Below are positions 62,248 through 64,000 of a stretch of DNA of 64,000 bases, piece after piece (the stretch's first letter is position 1; each line of letters begins with the position of its first letter). The notes beneath the pieces were generated by a model. That model was not told the DNA's origin and searched no databases. It saw only the letters and a program-made list of their open reading frames with translations. This DNA is from Yuukianura sp. NJ FZ-2021 (taxonomy: Eukaryota). The stretch is from assembly GCA_046563655.1 (NCBI GenBank), contig CM102285.1, positions 7,378,001 to 7,442,000 of the forward strand, written 5' to 3'. The position numbers were made by a program, and so were the translations under genes.

Positions 62248-63060
62248 TGTGAGCGGTTTAAGCGGATTAAACGACTCACACTCTAATGCGCAATAAGCCT
62301 ATAAGTATTAGCTCATATTTGGGCCCAAGGCCACTTTATGGCGCAAGAGCCAATAAGCAGGAATCCCTCCAGGTTTACTAAGCCCGGAGGCTTTCCCATT
62401 ACAACGAATGAGTCATATACCTATTTACCTTGAGAGTATCCTTTCATATGTAGGGAGTTGATGTCTGGACTCCGAGTGAGTCGGAGGGGATAGTGTGCTT
62501 AGGCTCCGAGGGAGTCTGAGCCGGAGGAGCAAGAGTTAGGTCCTGACCGGCGTCGGATGTCCGACGGCCGAGGTCAAGAGGTCACGAGTCTATTAGCATA
62601 TAGTCATCCTAACTTATAGACCTGTTAGTGGGTTAGTTGGCAGTTGCCATATAAGGAAGGTCAAGTTGCAGATGACCTCTGACCTTTGATACGTACGATG
62701 AAGTCTTCATGGAGTAGGGAGTTTTCTAGATCTCAATAAACATAAGACGCTCAACAACCCTATTGTTCATCTGACGTTTATTATAGTTTCTGAGTTGGAG
62801 TTTATCTCAAGATACGATAGTGTTGTATCCGAGGCATATTGCACCGCCGATTACAGTCCTTATTCACATTCCGAGAGCGGAGTTGTAGTTTCAGAGAGGC
62901 CGATATCTGTTTGGCTTGCGGTCAGAGTTCGGCATCATTGGTCGTTTCGACGGCTGTTGGATTCTGACTACGGGGAAGCCAGAACCAGAGAGATCCCAGA
63001 AGCCCTTGCTGGTCAAGCCGACTTCCGGAAGTATGCCGCCTAAACGGGTGACATAAATTG
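62248..63060 (+). mobile_element. LTR (62248-~62868) plus probable leader and gag start (MPPKRV), truncated
   Basis: Homologous to 50155-51154. TATAAG and AATAAA are present. No TSD. Confidence 0.7.
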
Positions 63061-63573
63061 TTCCTTCGAACCGCGGTTTCTTCAATAACTGACCACTGGC
63101 AAAACAGCAAACATCGGCAGAAAAAAGTGCAGCTCAGTAAAAAAAACGAAGTTGTTTGACGCAAATGAAGATGAGTTTCAACTCAGTCAGAAACTTACTT
63201 CAATCCAGTCACCGTCAATTCAAAACTGAGAATTTCAACGGAGAAATTATTACAACACTACAAAAGAAAAATAAATAAAATGAAGAAGACAACCAACAGG
63301 TAAGATTGACAAAGTTGTTTTATTATACACGAGAATCCATCACCATAAAATTCAAATTTTTATAAGAATTAAATATTATTCCCACCACCATCAAATTATT
63401 TAAAAACATAGCAAGTTAGCGGAAAAGTTAGAACTATTTAGGATTTGAGTTTAAAAACTTCGGTATTATTTTGTGTGTGTGAAAAGTCTGAAAATAGAAT
63501 TTAAATTTCACAACTGGACAAAGGATTTTTTTTGGGATTTTAACGAAAATTGAATTAAAAAGGAAAATTGTTC

Positions 63574-63990
63574 TTATGGGAGATAAAAAGTTCGTCGCAG
63601 ACAGCAGTTATTCACACCCAACTCAGATTCATGGGGGGTAGTACAGAAAGAACAAACGAAGCACTGTTCAAAGTGTTTTTCGCGCGATTCAATCTCCAAG
63701 TTGATCTGAGTGTGACACCGATAACATTCGGAACAATCGTTTTTCAAATGATGATAAAGTTTTTCTTGGGATTCAAAATGCTTTTCACATAAAGGATGGA
63801 AATGACAACCGATAAATTTGTGTTGGAAGGAGGCGTACACAAGCAGTGCGCCTGACGCAATGCGAAAGTTGAATTTTGAAAGCCGCAAGGACAAGCCGCA
63901 AGGCAAATTAAGCGATGTTTTTCATCATAAGCAATACCACAAGGACGCCCACATGAGCACGCGAGAACTACGCGATCCATTCCCACGTGA
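63574..63990 (-). other. Cys/His-rich coding-like fragment, unassigned
   Basis: CEKHFESQEKLYHHL and several CxxC pairs across two overlapping frames. Confidence 0.3.
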
Positions 63991-64000
63991 ATACTATGAA

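Overview
Eukaryotic genomic DNA, most likely an arthropod (short GT-AG introns, CCTAA/TTAGG motifs, arthropod-type TEs); the species cannot be determined from sequence. There are three zones. (1) 1-23.1 kb is a higher-order satellite: a ~698-bp unit made of three ~154-bp monomers plus a ~200-bp spacer. It is interrupted by a very young, internally deleted BEL/Pao LTR retrotransposon (7832-12454, ATTTG TSD). (2) 23.1-43.6 kb holds a TIR element that caps the satellite, then the spliced genes ACTR10 (+), KXD1 (-) and virilizer/VIRMA (+). An IS3EU-type element with minisatellite arms and a HECT ligase remnant lies between KXD1 and vir, and there are two hAT MITEs. (3) 44-64 kb is a TE graveyard: LTR fragments, three env-like pseudogenes of two fusion classes, an ORF1-only LINE, a mariner and a Copia gag; the 47-59 kb part is almost entirely on the minus strand. 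Main observation: two divergent BEL-type elements lack a tRNA-type TGG primer-binding site. Instead they carry TTTTTCCAATT(T/G)T next to the LTR, which is complementary, with covariation, to their own predicted polyadenylated 3' end. This suggests tRNA-independent self-priming. All protein assignments are by motif recognition, not database searches.
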